Below are positions 1 to 13,551 of a stretch of 64,000 nt of DNA, in pieces. A model generated the notes under the pieces. It saw only the letters and a program-made list of their open reading frames with translations. It had not been told where the DNA came from and searched no databases. The position numbers and the translations under genes are program-made. Origin of the DNA: Eledone cirrhosa (taxonomy: Eukaryota); contig OZ024745.1 of assembly GCA_964016885.1 (NCBI GenBank), forward strand, positions 114,142,001-114,206,000, in the 5' to 3' direction. The stretch's first letter is position 1. Each line of letters starts with the position of its first letter.

Positions 1-94
1 CTCTATCTATACATTCACGCAACGTAATCTATGAAGCTTATGAACCTTAAGGTTATATATCCAACTATTTTCCTTTATATAGCAATGCCCTTGT

Positions 95-283
95 CGGTGG
101 ATTGGCAATATCGGTAGAGCGTCAGACACCATGCTTTGCAGGATAGAGTTATAGCTCTTTACGTTCTGAGTTCAAATCCCGCTGAGGTTAACTTTACCTT
201 TCATCCTTACGGGGTCGATAAAATAAAGTACCAGTAATGTACTGGGAAAATTGCTGGCCTTGTGCCAAAAGTAGAAACAATTA
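95..283 (+). mobile_element. tRNA-derived SINE, family A (Meta/MESC-like central domain)
   Basis: A-box-like TGGCAATATCGG, B-box GAGTTCAAATCC, body CCTTTCATCCTTACGGGGTCGATAAAATAAAGTACCAG, tail GGCCTTGTGCCAAAAGTAGAAAC; many copies in the window. Confidence 0.9.
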
Positions 284-295
284 TGCTTAACAATG

Positions 296-456
296 CAGTT
301 GCGGTGGAACTGGGGATGACCCCACCAATAATTATACTTTTCTCCCCAAACTACCAAAACACACTACAATTTATGTACATGTAGATATAGAGAGGGGGAG
401 AGTTTGGTGTCGATATAGAGAGGGGAATTGGAAGAGAGTTCCGTGTAGTAGATATA
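296..456 (+). repeat. Fragment of the CAGAGGCGGTGG-terminal repeat family, interrupted by the LINE
   Basis: Similar to 61400-61760 and, in reverse, to 48360-48486. Confidence 0.7.
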
Positions 457-698
457 TATTTCTATTTATTTGCCACCAGGGCATCAAAGATTGGGACAAA
501 TACAAAGGGGGGAGTTTACATACATTTAAAAAGACGTGTAAAAAACATATAACAAATTAAATTTAACAATCGATGTCCTCAATAAGGGAGGGGCGTTGAC
601 ATGGGTCGCACACACCCCCGAAAAAATGTGCAACCCTCCTCTTCAGGAGCACAAAGAGCGGGTGCTTCCTTCCTCTCCTCATTCTTCTCCTCTCTCAC

Positions 699-3600
699 CT
701 ACAGGCTGATATAGAGAGAAGGCCCATTCACTCGGGCCATTCTCGCTACTTTCACCCATCTTTCATAAAACTTGCTGGGGTAGAGCACCTCTCTCTCCAT
801 TCTGATCCTTCTTCTAAAGTGGTACTTGAAAAAAAAGACCAGTTGTTGGCCGGAGAGATAGGTGTCTGACCTCAGCCCTTTCAACCTTGTCCACCATACA
901 ACTTCTTTCGCCATGGCTATCACACAGAGGAAAACCGCCTCTCCTTCGTTTTTGAAAGGGGGAGGCGGTTTGATTGTGACAATGTTCTCGGTGGTCAACC
1001 GGATTGGTCCCACCCGCGACAGTAGTCGTTCTACATAGCCCCACAGGTCAGCAACGCCCGGGCAGTGTACGAATGCGTGTGCGACCGTTTCCTCGTCACG
1101 CACGCATCTTGGACAGATCTTCTTCGAGGGGTCCCTACCCGGGCGCCCGTGTCTGTAGAGCTTGTCCCGAACGGGTAGAGCTCCTCGGTAACATTGCCAA
1201 GCCAGGGACTTTGGGAAGTTGTCCATCGGTCCCGGGCCAAACGTCCTACCGAACAGACTGGCCAGCTCGTCTTCCTCCATGCCCAGAGCCTGTCCGAGAG
1301 CGTCGTCGCACTTACTGCGCACCAACCCTCTATAGAATGTTGAGGTTGAGTCTCCACTGATTGCCGGATCCGCTTGCCAGAGGGCCGTGAGCGCCTGGGC
1401 ACATTCAATGTGCCAGTCACCCATTTTTCTCGGTCTTTGCTTGATCCAGGATTGCAGCTCGGTGAGTGAGACGAGTCTCGGAAAGGCTCGCCTCACAAAC
1501 AGGGCCCACACCGGCTGACCGGTGAGGAATACCTGGAGGTGCCGTAGCCTTAATGCGTGTCTACGCATCGTCAGCCACGGCAGCCCCAGCCCTCCGTTCG
1601 AAGGGTGTTGACAGCAGATGGATCTTCTCACCAAAGGAGCCCGCTTCTTCCAAAGAAATCGGAAGAGCGCGCGCTCCATTTTGGCGAGTGTTTTCTCTGG
1701 GCAAGGCACGACGGTCAAGCGGTAGTAGATGACGGACGCTATATAAGCGTTCGCCATCTCCGCTCGACCTTTCAGGGATAGTTTGCACTCGGCCCACTTC
1801 TGGGCGAGTGCAAACACCTTGCCCGTTACCTCGTCCCAGTTTTTCTCCACCTGGAGGTCCGGTTCGAACCAGACCCCGAGCAGCTTCACCGGTCCCTCCG
1901 TCCAGCGTCCGACGATGCCGTCGGAGGGCATCGTTTTGCCCCTCCACGTCCCGAGTTGCAAACCGACGGACTTGTCCCGGTTCAGCTTGGCTCCTGTGAA
2001 CCTTTCATATTCCTCCAGTAAGGTGCCGATCTGCCCGATTTCCGAGGCGCACGACACCATTACTGTCACGTCATCGGCGTAGGCCGACACCGCTTTCCGC
2101 AATCCCGGTTCCAAGGGGATGCCCTGCAACAGCTCCATTTCCTCAGTAGTGGCTCGAGAGCCAGCACATACAGGAGGGAGGAGAGAGGGCATCCCTGTCG
2201 AATGGATCGCGTGATTTGGAACGGCTCCGAGAGGTAGCCGTTCACCTTGACCCTCGAGCAGGTGTTTCTGCTGTGCATTGCAGCAATCCAGCCCTTGAAA
2301 ACGGGTCCGAAGCCTGCCGCCGCGAGCACCGCATCCAGGTACCGATGGTCAACCCTATCGAACGCTTTAGATTGATCCAAGTTGATCAGGGCCCCACCAA
2401 AGCCGGGTTCGTTCCCTACCCTCTCTACGATGTATCGCATGAGGTGGAGGTTGTCGTGTATGGACCTGGACGGGATTGCGCATGTCTGCGCTTCTCCCAC
2501 CAGGTTCCCGACGACAAGCGCCAACCTCTTCGCTAACACCTTGGCCCAAATCTTTAACTCTGTGTTTAGCAGAGTTATGGGCCTGAAGTTATCTATGTCA
2601 ACCCCCTTGTTCTCGTCCTTCCTCACCAGCGTGACTACGCCCTTGGTCACAGAACTGGGAATTCTCCCGTTCTGTTGCCAGTTGCAGTAGACCGCCTCGA
2701 GGAGACCGGAGAACAAGCCCGGCATCGCTACATAAAGTTCGTATGGTAGACCATCGAGACCCGGAGATTTGCGTTTGCCGCATTGGCTCAGCGCTTTTCC
2801 TATTTCAGCGGCTGAAATCGGCCTCTCGCAGGACTTCGCCTCCCCGTCCGAAAGCCGCGCCAGACCGTCGAGGTATGGACCGAAATCCATGGCCCCACCC
2901 GGCCCGCCGCCCTCCCGAACAGTCGTGCAAAGCGCCGTTGAAAGGCCGCGCTCATCCGCTCAGGTTCAAGGATCACGCGTCCATCCTGGTCCTTCAAAGA
3001 CCGAATCGTGGACTTGTTTCCACTTTTTGCCTCTGTCACTCGGGCCCAGCTAACAGCTTTGGCTCCCTCGTTACCCAGAGCACGTATTTTACTCCTGACA
3101 ACGCAGCCCTCGTGCTTCGCATCAAAGAACTGGTCTAGGGCCGTTCTTGACGCCAGCACGCCGGCCACGTTGCCACTCCTAATCGCCTCTTCTACTCTAT
3201 TTGTTAATTCCCTTTCAGTTCTATTCCTATCTGATGCTAATTCCCGACTAAAACCTATCGATTCTATTCTAATTTCTCTCTTGAGAGAGCCCCACCACCT
3301 GCTGTTGACAATTTCCCCCGTCAAACGCTGCTTAACTAGTGTGCTAATCCGCTTACTGTAAGCTTTGTTTGTCGGTAAAGACAAGTTTAGCTTCCAGTAA
3401 CCGGGTCCCTGTCTATGAGTTCTATCAAGGTTGACCACTCCGGTCAACAACTTGTGATCCGAATAGTCAACCATGAACATTCGTGGACAGCTTAATATGT
3501 CCCTATCCTTATTTCTAACTAGGAACCTATCTAGGTACGACCTGGATGTTCCACTGCGATTACTCCACGTCCACCGTGGCACAGTCGGAAAATCCAGTCG

Positions 3601-4134
3601 ATATCTATCGGTCAGATCAAATCGGCCGATTAATCGTTTGAGGCTGTTACACCCCCCTCTATCGGGACATGCCCCTACATAGTCCCAACGTGCATCCAGG
3701 ATACCATTCCAGTCCCCCACTAAAAGCAAGGAGCGAGACGTTCCCAGGAAATTCTCCAGGCGTCGGAAGAAGTCTGGTCGCGGTGTCCCCGATGGGGCAT
3801 ACGCTGCCACCAGCCTGAAAGCTCCACCTTCACCACTGCCGACGTCTAAAACCACCAGTCGACCCTCTGGGTCCAGGTGTACCTTCTGTGTGGCGAGACC
3901 CAGGTATTTTCGCAGCAGAACGACAACCCCACCCCCACCCCTCGGCTGACAGAGAGATGCGCAGATCTCAAAGTCGTCGAAGATGGGGGCCAGTTGGCGC
4001 TCGCTGCTGATCCTGGACTCGCAAATAACCATTACATCCACTCTGTGCGACCTGAGGTCATTTAAGAGTTTGCCCTGTTTCCAGGACATCCCCAAGCCGC
4101 GTGCATTCACACATCCAACTCTTATATTGGCCAT
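699..4134 (-). pseudogene. LINE ORF2 (APE endonuclease, reverse transcriptase, zinc finger) split by two frameshifts
   Basis: Three overlapping ORFs (2800-4134, 2066-2890, 699-2192) join into one ORF2, with frameshifts near 2895 (G-rich run) and 2140 (A run). Confidence 0.93.
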
Positions 4135-4176
4135 GTTGGTGCTGAAGAGGTAAAAAGGAAGAGGAAAGGAAATTAC

Positions 4177-5460
4177 TTACCTCTTCGTCTCCTGGGGGCC
4201 AGGCTGCACAATTTCCATGGGGGTGTTGGAAGGGTTGTTTGGTGGGGTGGTGGTTTGTGGTGGGGTGAGGACATCAGTGTGTGGTGGGGTGTGGGTGTCT
4301 GGTGTGGGGGTGGGGAAACATCTCAATAGGACGCTGTTAAGTAGTTTGGTGCAGTTGGTCCCCACATGCACTGGATGGTTCTTTTTCAAAGTTACATAGG
4401 TTTCCGTTGGGACCCTAATCATCATTAGGTGCGGTTTGTTCGCTGCGTAGGTGAAAGTGATCCCTTCGGTTTCCACCGAAGGGTTATTTTCTATTGCTTT
4501 CATCAAAGTTTTATTGTTCTTGTTAATGTATGTATAGAGTTTTTGTTGTGTTGTGTTTGTTTTTGTTTGTTGTTCTTGTGCGTGTTTGCGTTTTGTAGTA
4601 TGTGTTATGTTTTGGGGAGGGGTGGGGTTTTTTTATTTGTGATGTTTGTTCTGTTTGTGCTGGTGGCTGCATTTTTGTTAATGTGGTGCCTTTTTTTTAT
4701 CCTTTTCACCTGTTGGAAGGGTTGTCCCTTGTCGTCACTGAGTGACGTTGATACGGAGTCCTCTTCCGTGTTGTTGGGGAGGGGTATATTTTGGGGTTTT
4801 GTTGTGGTTGCTTTTGTATTTGATTTAGGTGGGGAGGGGTTGGGTGGGACAGTGTCTTGTGTTGTTATTTTTCCGTGTTGTTGTAGTTGTTGTTGTTGTT
4901 GTTGTTGTTGTTGTGGTGGTGGTGGTGGTGTTGGTGATTGTGTTGTTGTGTTCGGGGTTGGCAGAAGAGCCTTTTTTTTTACTCGTTAATTGAGGACAGG
5001 CAGCTATCAGGTGACCCCTGCTTAAGCAGTGGTAACATGACGGCCGCCTACCCTCCACTGAAATGTTTATATAGGTTAGCCCGTCCATAGGCACGCGTTG
5101 TGGGATATTCGCTATTCGTTATGGGCTCATTTGCACCAGAACTTCTATGCAAGCCGCACCAAATACACCTCCGGTGGACTTTCCTACTGAGATTATCTTG
5201 TCTTCATCAAAATCAATGAATCCACATAGTATCCACCAAATATTTACATTTGGTGTGATACTCATAATTTTTATTTTTGTGTCCTTTTTCCCCTGTATGT
5301 GGGGGAAAAGGTGAAACGGGGGGAATCAATAGGTGATACAGAGTATTTTTGTGCTGTTGACTGGTTGTTCATTAGCACCGAAATGCTACCAAACAGTTTT
5401 CCTTTTTGGATGAAGGTTATGTCCAGCTATCTAATTCCGGAATCCCTTCACACTTACATT
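4177..5460 (-). pseudogene. LINE ORF1 (gag-like, CCHC knuckle, Thr/Pro-rich tail), disrupted
   Basis: CX2CX4HX4C at about 4995-5040; in-frame TAA near 5120; frameshifts at A-runs; lies directly upstream of ORF2. Confidence 0.8.
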
Positions 5461-5635
5461 ATACAGACCCAGAAACAACAATATTTAAATTTAAAGTTAG
5501 ATTTTCAAGTCAAAGGCTATTTTTCCTTTGTTGACTATTGTTTTCCATTATTCGAAAGACAGCTCAAACCTTTCCAATGTATTATTCAGCACTATATTAC
5601 GATTTCCTTAAAGGTTTAGGATTTAGGAATAACAA

Positions 5636-5859
5636 ATATTGGTTTCTGATTTAGGCACATGGCCAATAATTGGGGGGGGGGGGCAGTAGTCGAATAAATC
5701 GACCCCATTACATTACTGGTACTTTATTTTATTGACCTCGTAAGGATGAAAGGCAAAGAAACCTCTGCAGGATTTGAACTTAGATCGTAAAGGGCCGTAA
5801 CACTATGCCACGAAGCATGTTGTTCGACGCTCAACCGATTCTGCCAATCCACCGCCCTA
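5636..5859 (-). mobile_element. SINE family A with probable TSD
   Basis: Reverse copy, flanked by TAGGAATAACAAATATT and TAGGAATAGGAAATATT. Confidence 0.88.
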
Positions 5860-8315
5860 GGAATAGGAAATATTAAAACTGAATACGAGAGGAATACGGA
5901 TATTGAAATGTTGAAAATTAATTTAAAATTTTAAATGCTTTCTCAAGAACACTGAAATATAATTAATTTTGAGAAATAAAATCAATCTTCGGATATTATA
6001 TTTAAAAGATTTCAATTCAATCCATCCGATACAAAGTGATACAAAATCATAATGCAATGCTCTCGACGAGGCCTATGTATTCAGCAATTCTAAGAAATAC
6101 TTTCAGGGAAATTATAATACCAGTCAATAATCAATATATTCCCAGGACGATTTCTTTTCAATTTCTTAATAACTTATTTAGATCTAGCCATTCTTCTAAC
6201 CAATTCGCTATCTTCTTAATTACAACGCCGTTCTCCAATATGTTTCTTAGCCTATGCTCGCTAGCGGTTCCAATTTTGGTCAGCTGTATTGCAACGCCAC
6301 CAGGGAGTGTCTTAATGTACTTAAGACTTCAATTAAGGATCTAAACTGAATACATCTTCCAGTCGCTATATTTCAACTGTATAGCCAGCATAGTTGCAAG
6401 AGGGACTTTCTGCATGTTATTATGTATGATCGAAGTTCTATACAATAGTGTCATACTGGGTGGCCCAAAGCATCGCATAGGCAGCATTAATCTTGGTTTA
6501 ACGACTTCTTTTCAAAGTTTCCTCAATAGAAGCAATGTAACCCAGAGGTATCGTAAAACAATAAATCTTAGAATTCAACAAAATATTCCAAGCTATGGGA
6601 AATATGAAAATAAAAAGTTTATTTGTGAGAGGTTCCACCAAATATCAAGAGCATTTCCAACACTCTACTTTGACATATTACAAATTGAGAGCTAATAATT
6701 TCTTTTTGTGTCGTTTTGTATGAAACATAGGCTTGTTTTCTATTCCTCCCCCTCTTTCTCTCTTTCTCTTTCTTTCTCTATCTATCTGTCTATCTCTCAA
6801 TCTATGCTAAAACAAGATATATTTGAAGAATTTCGGATAAGCTTAGGGTAGATATAACTACTGTTTTAATTAGAAGTATTAGCTGAGAGGAAAATGACCT
6901 GTGAAGTGTAAACACACGAGAATATTTTTATGTCTACATTTCAGAGTTTCTCGTGCTTCTATCAGAAAATAACTACCCCTACAATACTTTATCCTAATGA
7001 ATATAGCAACGCTCTATATGCTTACAGAATTTGGAGGGTATTTAAAATGGCCTGACTAATTCCATTTTACATGGAATCATAGATGTGGCTAAACTCTGAT
7101 AAAACAACAGTAATCGCTAAAACGGAAACATAAGAATACTTTCTATAATTTTATCTTCTTATTGCTTTTATTTTTATGTTAGCTTCCAAGTCACACCACT
7201 CAATAAAAGTATTATTACTTTAACTGTGATTTCAGAGTGAATTTAACCTGTGAAAAAAAATGTCAGTGATTTTAGTTGTTATTTGTGTAAAATCTGGTGA
7301 TCGTATCGCTCTCTGTCACCTGCAACCCTTTCTCTAGCAAAACAGTTCTAACAGGACCCGTTGGAAGGCGTCCTTGAGGACTCTGCTCCCCAGACCCTCC
7401 CAGGAATATATGTACAAAGGAGAAGAATATTATATATAAAGTTTTGTGACAACAGCAGACCTGCCAACCTCTAAAAACCCATGAAAAAAAGCACCCCAAA
7501 ATGGGGAGAAATGGGGCAAAATGGGGAAATTTAACATAATGAAAGCTATACCTATTTTCACAAAAGAAGACATCTCCCATGCACCCCAAAATTACAGTTG
7601 TAGACCTGTCAACAAGTCTGCAACTGTAAATTTGTGCTACAATACAAACCAGCACAGCCTCGTTTCAGAAAGTTTTTAGTGAGTAACACTTTCGTGTTAA
7701 AGAAAATCATGAGTCAACAGAACTTCAGTTTTACAGTGAAACACTACAGCCACATTTCAGAAAATCTTGACTCAAAGGTATTTCACACCGTCTATATGAT
7801 TTGCAATCAAGTATGAAGAGAAAATGTTGTGTTACAGTACAGCAAAATACCGCATCCTTTGAGATAGTCTTAAATCAGCAGCACATCTTTCCCGCAATAT
7901 AATCCAGTATGACAACTTTTCAAAAACACATCGTGTATCTAATAAATAAAGCCTGCTCATGTTGTCTACTCTGTACATTTAATGTTGATTTATAACCACG
8001 ATTAATTTTCTGGTTTCTAAGTTATTTGATATTTACACAATGTTGTATGTATATAGCTAAGTGTGTGTGTTATGTATATATGTATTTCTTGAGAGAGAAT
8101 GGATGTGTGAACGGCAATGGCGTAGCTGTTGTTGATGTGCATATTTTTGGTTTGAATAGGATTCATAAATGACTTCCTTGACGTCATCATGAGTATCTTC
8201 AGTGATTCTATATCTTTATATGCATGTATCTCTATATGTATGTATGTATACATGGAGGTTGTAAGCATTTATATAGCTATATATATATATATATATACAT
8301 ATATATACATATATA

Positions 8316-8356
<41 letters not shown>

Positions 8357-8519
8357 ATAATAATAAATTTTTTGAAGACTAAAATCCAAAGAGTAACTTT
8401 GCTAGTTTCAGAAGATCCCGTTAAGGGTGAAAGCAGCGATTCTTTGCTTAAACTTTAATCTGTTATTTTAATAAATATATATATATAATATTCTATTTAG
8501 GAAACCGATTCTCGGCTTC

Positions 8520-8742
8520 AGAGTTAAAAATAATTGATTCTACTTTTGGCACAAGGCCAGAAAATACCCCAGTGTATTACTGGTACTTTATTTTATCGAC
8601 CCCATAACGATGAAAGGCAAAGTTAACCTCTGCCAATCCAGAGTTTAAAATAATTGTTTCTATTTTGGGCACAAGGCCAGCAATTATCCCAGTGCATTAC
8701 TGGTACTTTATTTTATCGACCCCGTAAGGACGAAAGGCAAAG
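8520..8742 (-). mobile_element. Two tandem 3' fragments of SINE family A
   Basis: About 120-bp unit starting AGAGTT(A/T)AAAATAATTG, repeated twice. Confidence 0.8.
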
Positions 8743-8841
8743 ATTGGTGTGATATGATCACTTAAAAAATGCATAGCGTGACTCTCCTATGCTTATTATA
8801 CATAATCTTATCGTGTATGCTTCCATATACATTCCTCTGAG

Positions 8842-8994
<153 letters not shown>

Positions 8995-9579
8995 CATCAC
9001 TGAACGACGAGTCACGTTTAGTCTAACAATAAGGGGAACAGTTGAAAACAAAAATACAGAAAGAAAAAAACTATATAGAGCCAGCTGCCGAAGGGATTTA
9101 CAAATAAAGTTCATAGAAAACTAGTAAATACTTCAGAGTAGCAAATAAATTGAAGAGATATTATCAATTTCGAAAGTTATTGTTACACGAACTATGATAT
9201 GCAATCATGGCAAAATGTCTTTTGTGCAAAATGTCTTTTGTGCTATTAATGTCAAATGGTAGTGGCCTGCAGGTAATTTCTGCCAAACAGAACATACTCC
9301 AAGACTTCAATTTTTTGCCTTTTCATGTACTTATTTAACTTATTTGTTTCGTACCATTCAGGTACAGTTATTAATATTTTTATTTCCTTCTTTCTTTCTA
9401 TCATATTTTTTTTCCTTTTCTGTATTCTTTCTCTCTTTGCTTTTAATTCATTCTTCCTTTTTTCTCTTTGACACTTGCCTTCAGAGACTTATGAATTATT
9501 CTACACAGACTCTTTTCACGTCCATAAAGACTAACTCTGTCACTCACACACAGGCACACACGCGGATAAAGAGGCCCTT

Positions 9580-9845
9580 CAGTCACGAATGACGATGGGA
9601 TTTACACCTAGAAAATTTCCCTCCGATGCACAAGTCCAGGCAAGGTTGTTTGTGGAATACCAGCAGTCGCCCATGCATACCAGCCCAACTCTTCTCCACG
9701 CCACCGATGCTGTCCAAGGGAAAGGCAATGACCGATACAGTTTGACACCAGTGACGTTGCAACTCATTTCTACAGCTGAGTAAACTGAAGTAACGTGAAG
9801 TAAAGTGTCTTGCTCAAGGACACAACGCATCACCCGGTCCGAATC
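9580..9845 (-). mobile_element. tRNA-derived SINE with CORE-like domain (related to family B, different tail)
   Basis: Minus strand reads GATTCGGACCGGGTGATGCGTTGTGTCCTTGAGCAAGACACTTTA, shared with the copies at 44365, 45652 and 58389. Confidence 0.8.
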
Positions 9846-9869
9846 ATACACTAGTTTTGAATCAGTCTG

Positions 9870-10080
9870 CTTGTTGTTCTTCGCTCACTTATACCTGAGA
9901 AGGTCGTGAGAGCAAAACCATCAAACACTCCTCCTAGCGGCTCCTGTCAGAAGCAACAGTATCCAATTGAACCGGCTTGATCCCCCAAGCAAACCAGCCG
10001 AGATCATGGATGTTATCCAGCCATCTTGCTCAGGGTCTACCTCTGGGTCTCCCACTGGTTGTTTTTGCCACGATCGCAAG
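9870..10080 (-). mobile_element. RTE-clade LINE 3' fragment
   Basis: Minus-strand translation GRPRGRP*ARWLDNIHDLGW..VASDRSR, the typical RTE ORF C-terminus. Confidence 0.8.
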
Positions 10081-10185
10081 TCACACACGGAAGTCGGGCT
10101 AAAACAGCATAGGTTCGCCTCTTCGTGTCGAATGAACGTCGTTGTCGTCGTGGTGCAATCAGTCCAGTTTACAATCCTCTTTAAT

Positions 10186-10407
10186 AATGGTTTCTTATAT
10201 AGGCACAAGGCCAGCAATTTTGTGGGGGAGGGGAAAAGTTGATTAAATCGGCCCAGTGCATTACTGGTACTTTATTTTATCGACCCCGTAAGGATGAAAG
10301 GCAAAGTTAACCTCGGCGGGATTTGAACTCAGATCATAAAAGGCTGTAACTCTATGCTGCAAAGCATGGCGTCCGACCCTCTACCGATACTGCCAATCCA
10401 CCGCCCT
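10186..10407 (-). mobile_element. SINE family A, full length, probable TSD
   Basis: Flanked by TACAATCCTCTTTA and TACAATTCTTTTTA. Confidence 0.9.
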
Positions 10408-10504
10408 ACAATTCTTTTTAAAAACAAAATGTTTTCTGCTTTGTTGAAAGAATGAAATCATATTGAGAGGCTTCTTTCTTTCCATCTCTCTCTCTCTCTA
10501 TCTA

Positions 10505-10582
<78 letters not shown>

Positions 10583-10810
10583 TCTCTGTCTCTCTCTTTC
10601 CCACTGTGTAAAATTTAGCAAAAACTAGTTTAAACGGTTAACATTCATTACACTAACTGTTATTTCAAACATAGACGCCTCCAATTCTTGATCTAACACA
10701 TTACCTCTAATTTACATTAATCTGATGTGGGGATAAACACATAGTTTAAATATAAATGAAGGCTAATATTATATCCTGTTCATTTTTGTATGAGGAATGG
10801 TACATCTTTA

Positions 10811-12513
10811 TCTTTATATATATAAAAGCGAGGATGTATGTGTGTCTGTGTACAATACCTAAGGCTTTTACAATTACCAACCGAATTTGACCAAATTTTC
10901 TGTGCACGTTGCACAGGTCGCTAAGATGGTCACATCACAAACATTTTTCCAATCGACCCATGTTGAGCAATAAAAAATCGATATCAAAATTATCGGTAGC
11001 AAAATTGATGTGAGGGAGATAACCAACTTTATTGATAATCCTTATAAAAAAGGGGAGATAACCAACTTTATAGACAATCCTTATAAAGAGAGTGAGATAT
11101 GGAGACCTTCGTTTTCAATTTTAAAACAACAATCATCGTCAGACGAAATTTCAGAAATATAAACATCAGATTCTTTTGAATATAAATCACTAATATTATC
11201 GTTTGTTTCTTGTTTATTCTTTGTTGCACTTTCAAAGTTAAAAAAAACACTTGTTGTTTTAACTTGTTTCACTATATTAAGTGTTAATTTTCGCGTTAAG
11301 AGCCTAATCTCGCAACAGTCTCGAATTGACGAGATTTTGATGATGGTTTGTTTATTTTTAGAACAATCGTTATGGGACTTTCCATTCAAACCATTGGGAC
11401 CTACAGCTTTTACATTTTTAAAGTAATTTCGTCCACGTTTGAGGCAGGCATTATCTATGTTTCCAGCTGTATTCGTACACATCAAACTTTTTTGACAATG
11501 AAGGAACATACTGAACAGGATTCTTCCTGGATGTCCACGGATATATAAATCTATTGATACTGTATGTGATCCACAGGATGCGGTCAACTATCCAGTTGAA
11601 TTTCTAAATTTTTTAAAACATCCTGGTTTACTTCCTAATACATTGGTTCTAAAAGAGAGAACGCCAGTTATTTTGCTGAGAAATATCACTCCTCCAAAAC
11701 TATGCAATGGTACACGCCTTGTGGTTTAAAAACTGTCTCCACTTAGTATTGACGCTACCATTCTATCCGGATGTGGAAAAGGCGAGGATGTAATAATAAC
11801 AAAAATTACTCGCTTCTCCTTTCGCAGAACCCAATTTCCCCTTCGTGTTGCCTTTGCGATGTCCATAAACAAGTCGCAAACTCTGTCCGTCACTGGAATT
11901 CACTTGGATGAACCTTGCTTTTCGCAGGGACAATTCTACGTTGCCTGCTCACGAGTTGGCAGTCGAGATAATCTCTTTGCGTTTGTTCCGAAAAGAAAAG
12001 CAAAGAATATCGTCTATCCTGAAGTGCTTTAGTGTTAACAAAAAAACTTATTACAGCTCTGCCTTGACTTCACCTTACTCATTACAAAACATACTAATGA
12101 ATATGTCATGCAGGATATTTTGGATTATAAGTTCAAAATTTAACCATACACAGCAAAGGATGCTCTCAAAGAATAGATTTTTTCTTATTCTACTCTCATT
12201 GTTTTTTTGTTTGTATACAACTCTGCTTTCATTACAACTTTTTGTACTTTAGCAAAACTGCCTGTTTTTTTACAGATTTGCAACGTGTATTGTCTTTAAT
12301 CATTTGTATAACTACATCCTGTTCAGTGTTTTCCTTCATTTTCAACATAGTTTTATGTGTACAAAGATTGCACTAAATATTCGTTTGCATTAATTATTGA
12401 AGACTTCTGCTTATTTTGACAGGTTGGGGGCAAATAATGTTCTTATTTTACTTCCTAGCTGTATATTCTTAGCATAATTTCAAACCCCGAGCAACGCCGA
12501 GTAAATCTGCTAG
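10811..12513 (+). mobile_element. Helitron, internally deleted, with Pif1 helicase remnant
   Basis: A|TC 5' end, 3' hairpin CCCGAGCAACGCCGAG followed by CTAG|T; internal helicase motifs; both ends match the copy at 44593-45216. Confidence 0.92.
11570..12030 (+). pseudogene. Helitron RepHel Pif1-family helicase C-terminus, decayed
   Basis: Translates as AVNYPVEFLN..PVILLRNITPPKLCNGTRLVV*..RTQFPLRVAFAMSINKSQ..GQFYVACSRV..NIVYPEVL*, with a stop and deletions. Confidence 0.9.
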
Positions 12514-12558
12514 TATATATATATAAACACACATACATACACACTCACACACACACAT

Positions 12559-12662
<104 letters not shown>

Positions 12663-12700
12663 TGTAATTTTGCTTCCTGTGTTTTGTTTCATTTATTAAC

Positions 12701-12776
<76 letters not shown>

Positions 12777-13453
12777 TTATTTAATACAATAACAGAGAAA
12801 GCTTTAAGCTAAACTCTGACTGGCTACCATCTCACTCAACAAACCTTAGGAAATACGTTAGTATAATCCCAATTTTGTGTTTGGGGTGCTAACTATATGT
12901 ATTTTGTGGAAAGCCAGTTGTATTATTTTATATGAGATATAATTAAAATTAAAATATATCTCTCTTTCCAAACAATTGTTTCATTATAAGTTTTCTACAA
13001 GTTGGGAGAATGTTTCTGGTTTATGTAGAAGCCAACATATTTTTCTGTAAGAACACATGCAGGTGGGCACTTATAAATCATCAGTGGATGCCCATTAAAC
13101 TTTGATATAAGAAAAAATTTCTTACCGCAGTTAATTTTCGTATCAGCGAAAATGTGTGAGATCCTTGGTACAATTAGGTATATTTGAAAAAAAAGGAAAA
13201 GAATGACTTCTCGCATTCGTCTGTCTGTGGCGATTTTGATAATCGCCACAGACAGACGAATGCGAGAAAGTTCTCCAACCCAAGTTAACCAGGAATCTTT
13301 AAAATTCTTCCCACCGAAGTTAACAAAGAACTTACTGGATCTACCAACTCATAATAATATAATATTATAAAATTAAATCAAAAATGTTTTAACACTACAT
13401 TCATTTCCTTTTTTTCAAATATATATTTATACATATATATACACATACACACA

Positions 13454-13551
<98 letters not shown>

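Larger units (their letters stand above)
457..5460 (-). mobile_element. L1/Tx1-type non-LTR retrotransposon, near full length (ORF1, ORF2, 3' UTR)
   Basis: ORF1 zinc knuckle CYHCLSRGHLIAAC; APE endonuclease start MANIRVGCVNARGL with GDWN and SDH motifs; RT motifs KSPGLDG, RPITLLN, KAFDRV, RQGCPLS, YADD; C-terminal CPRC..ETVAHAFVHC; AATAAA near 465-470 on the minus strand. The 5' boundary is approximate. Confidence 0.95.

Noticed and set aside
804-4065. Antisense and alternative-frame ORFs overlapping LINE ORF2
   Set aside because: Shadow ORFs expected in GC-rich coding sequence.
6036-6700. Possible ancient LINE RT remnant on the minus strand (VLGIY- and LVEPL-like peptides)
   Set aside because: Only very short motif resemblances; needs a translated search to confirm.
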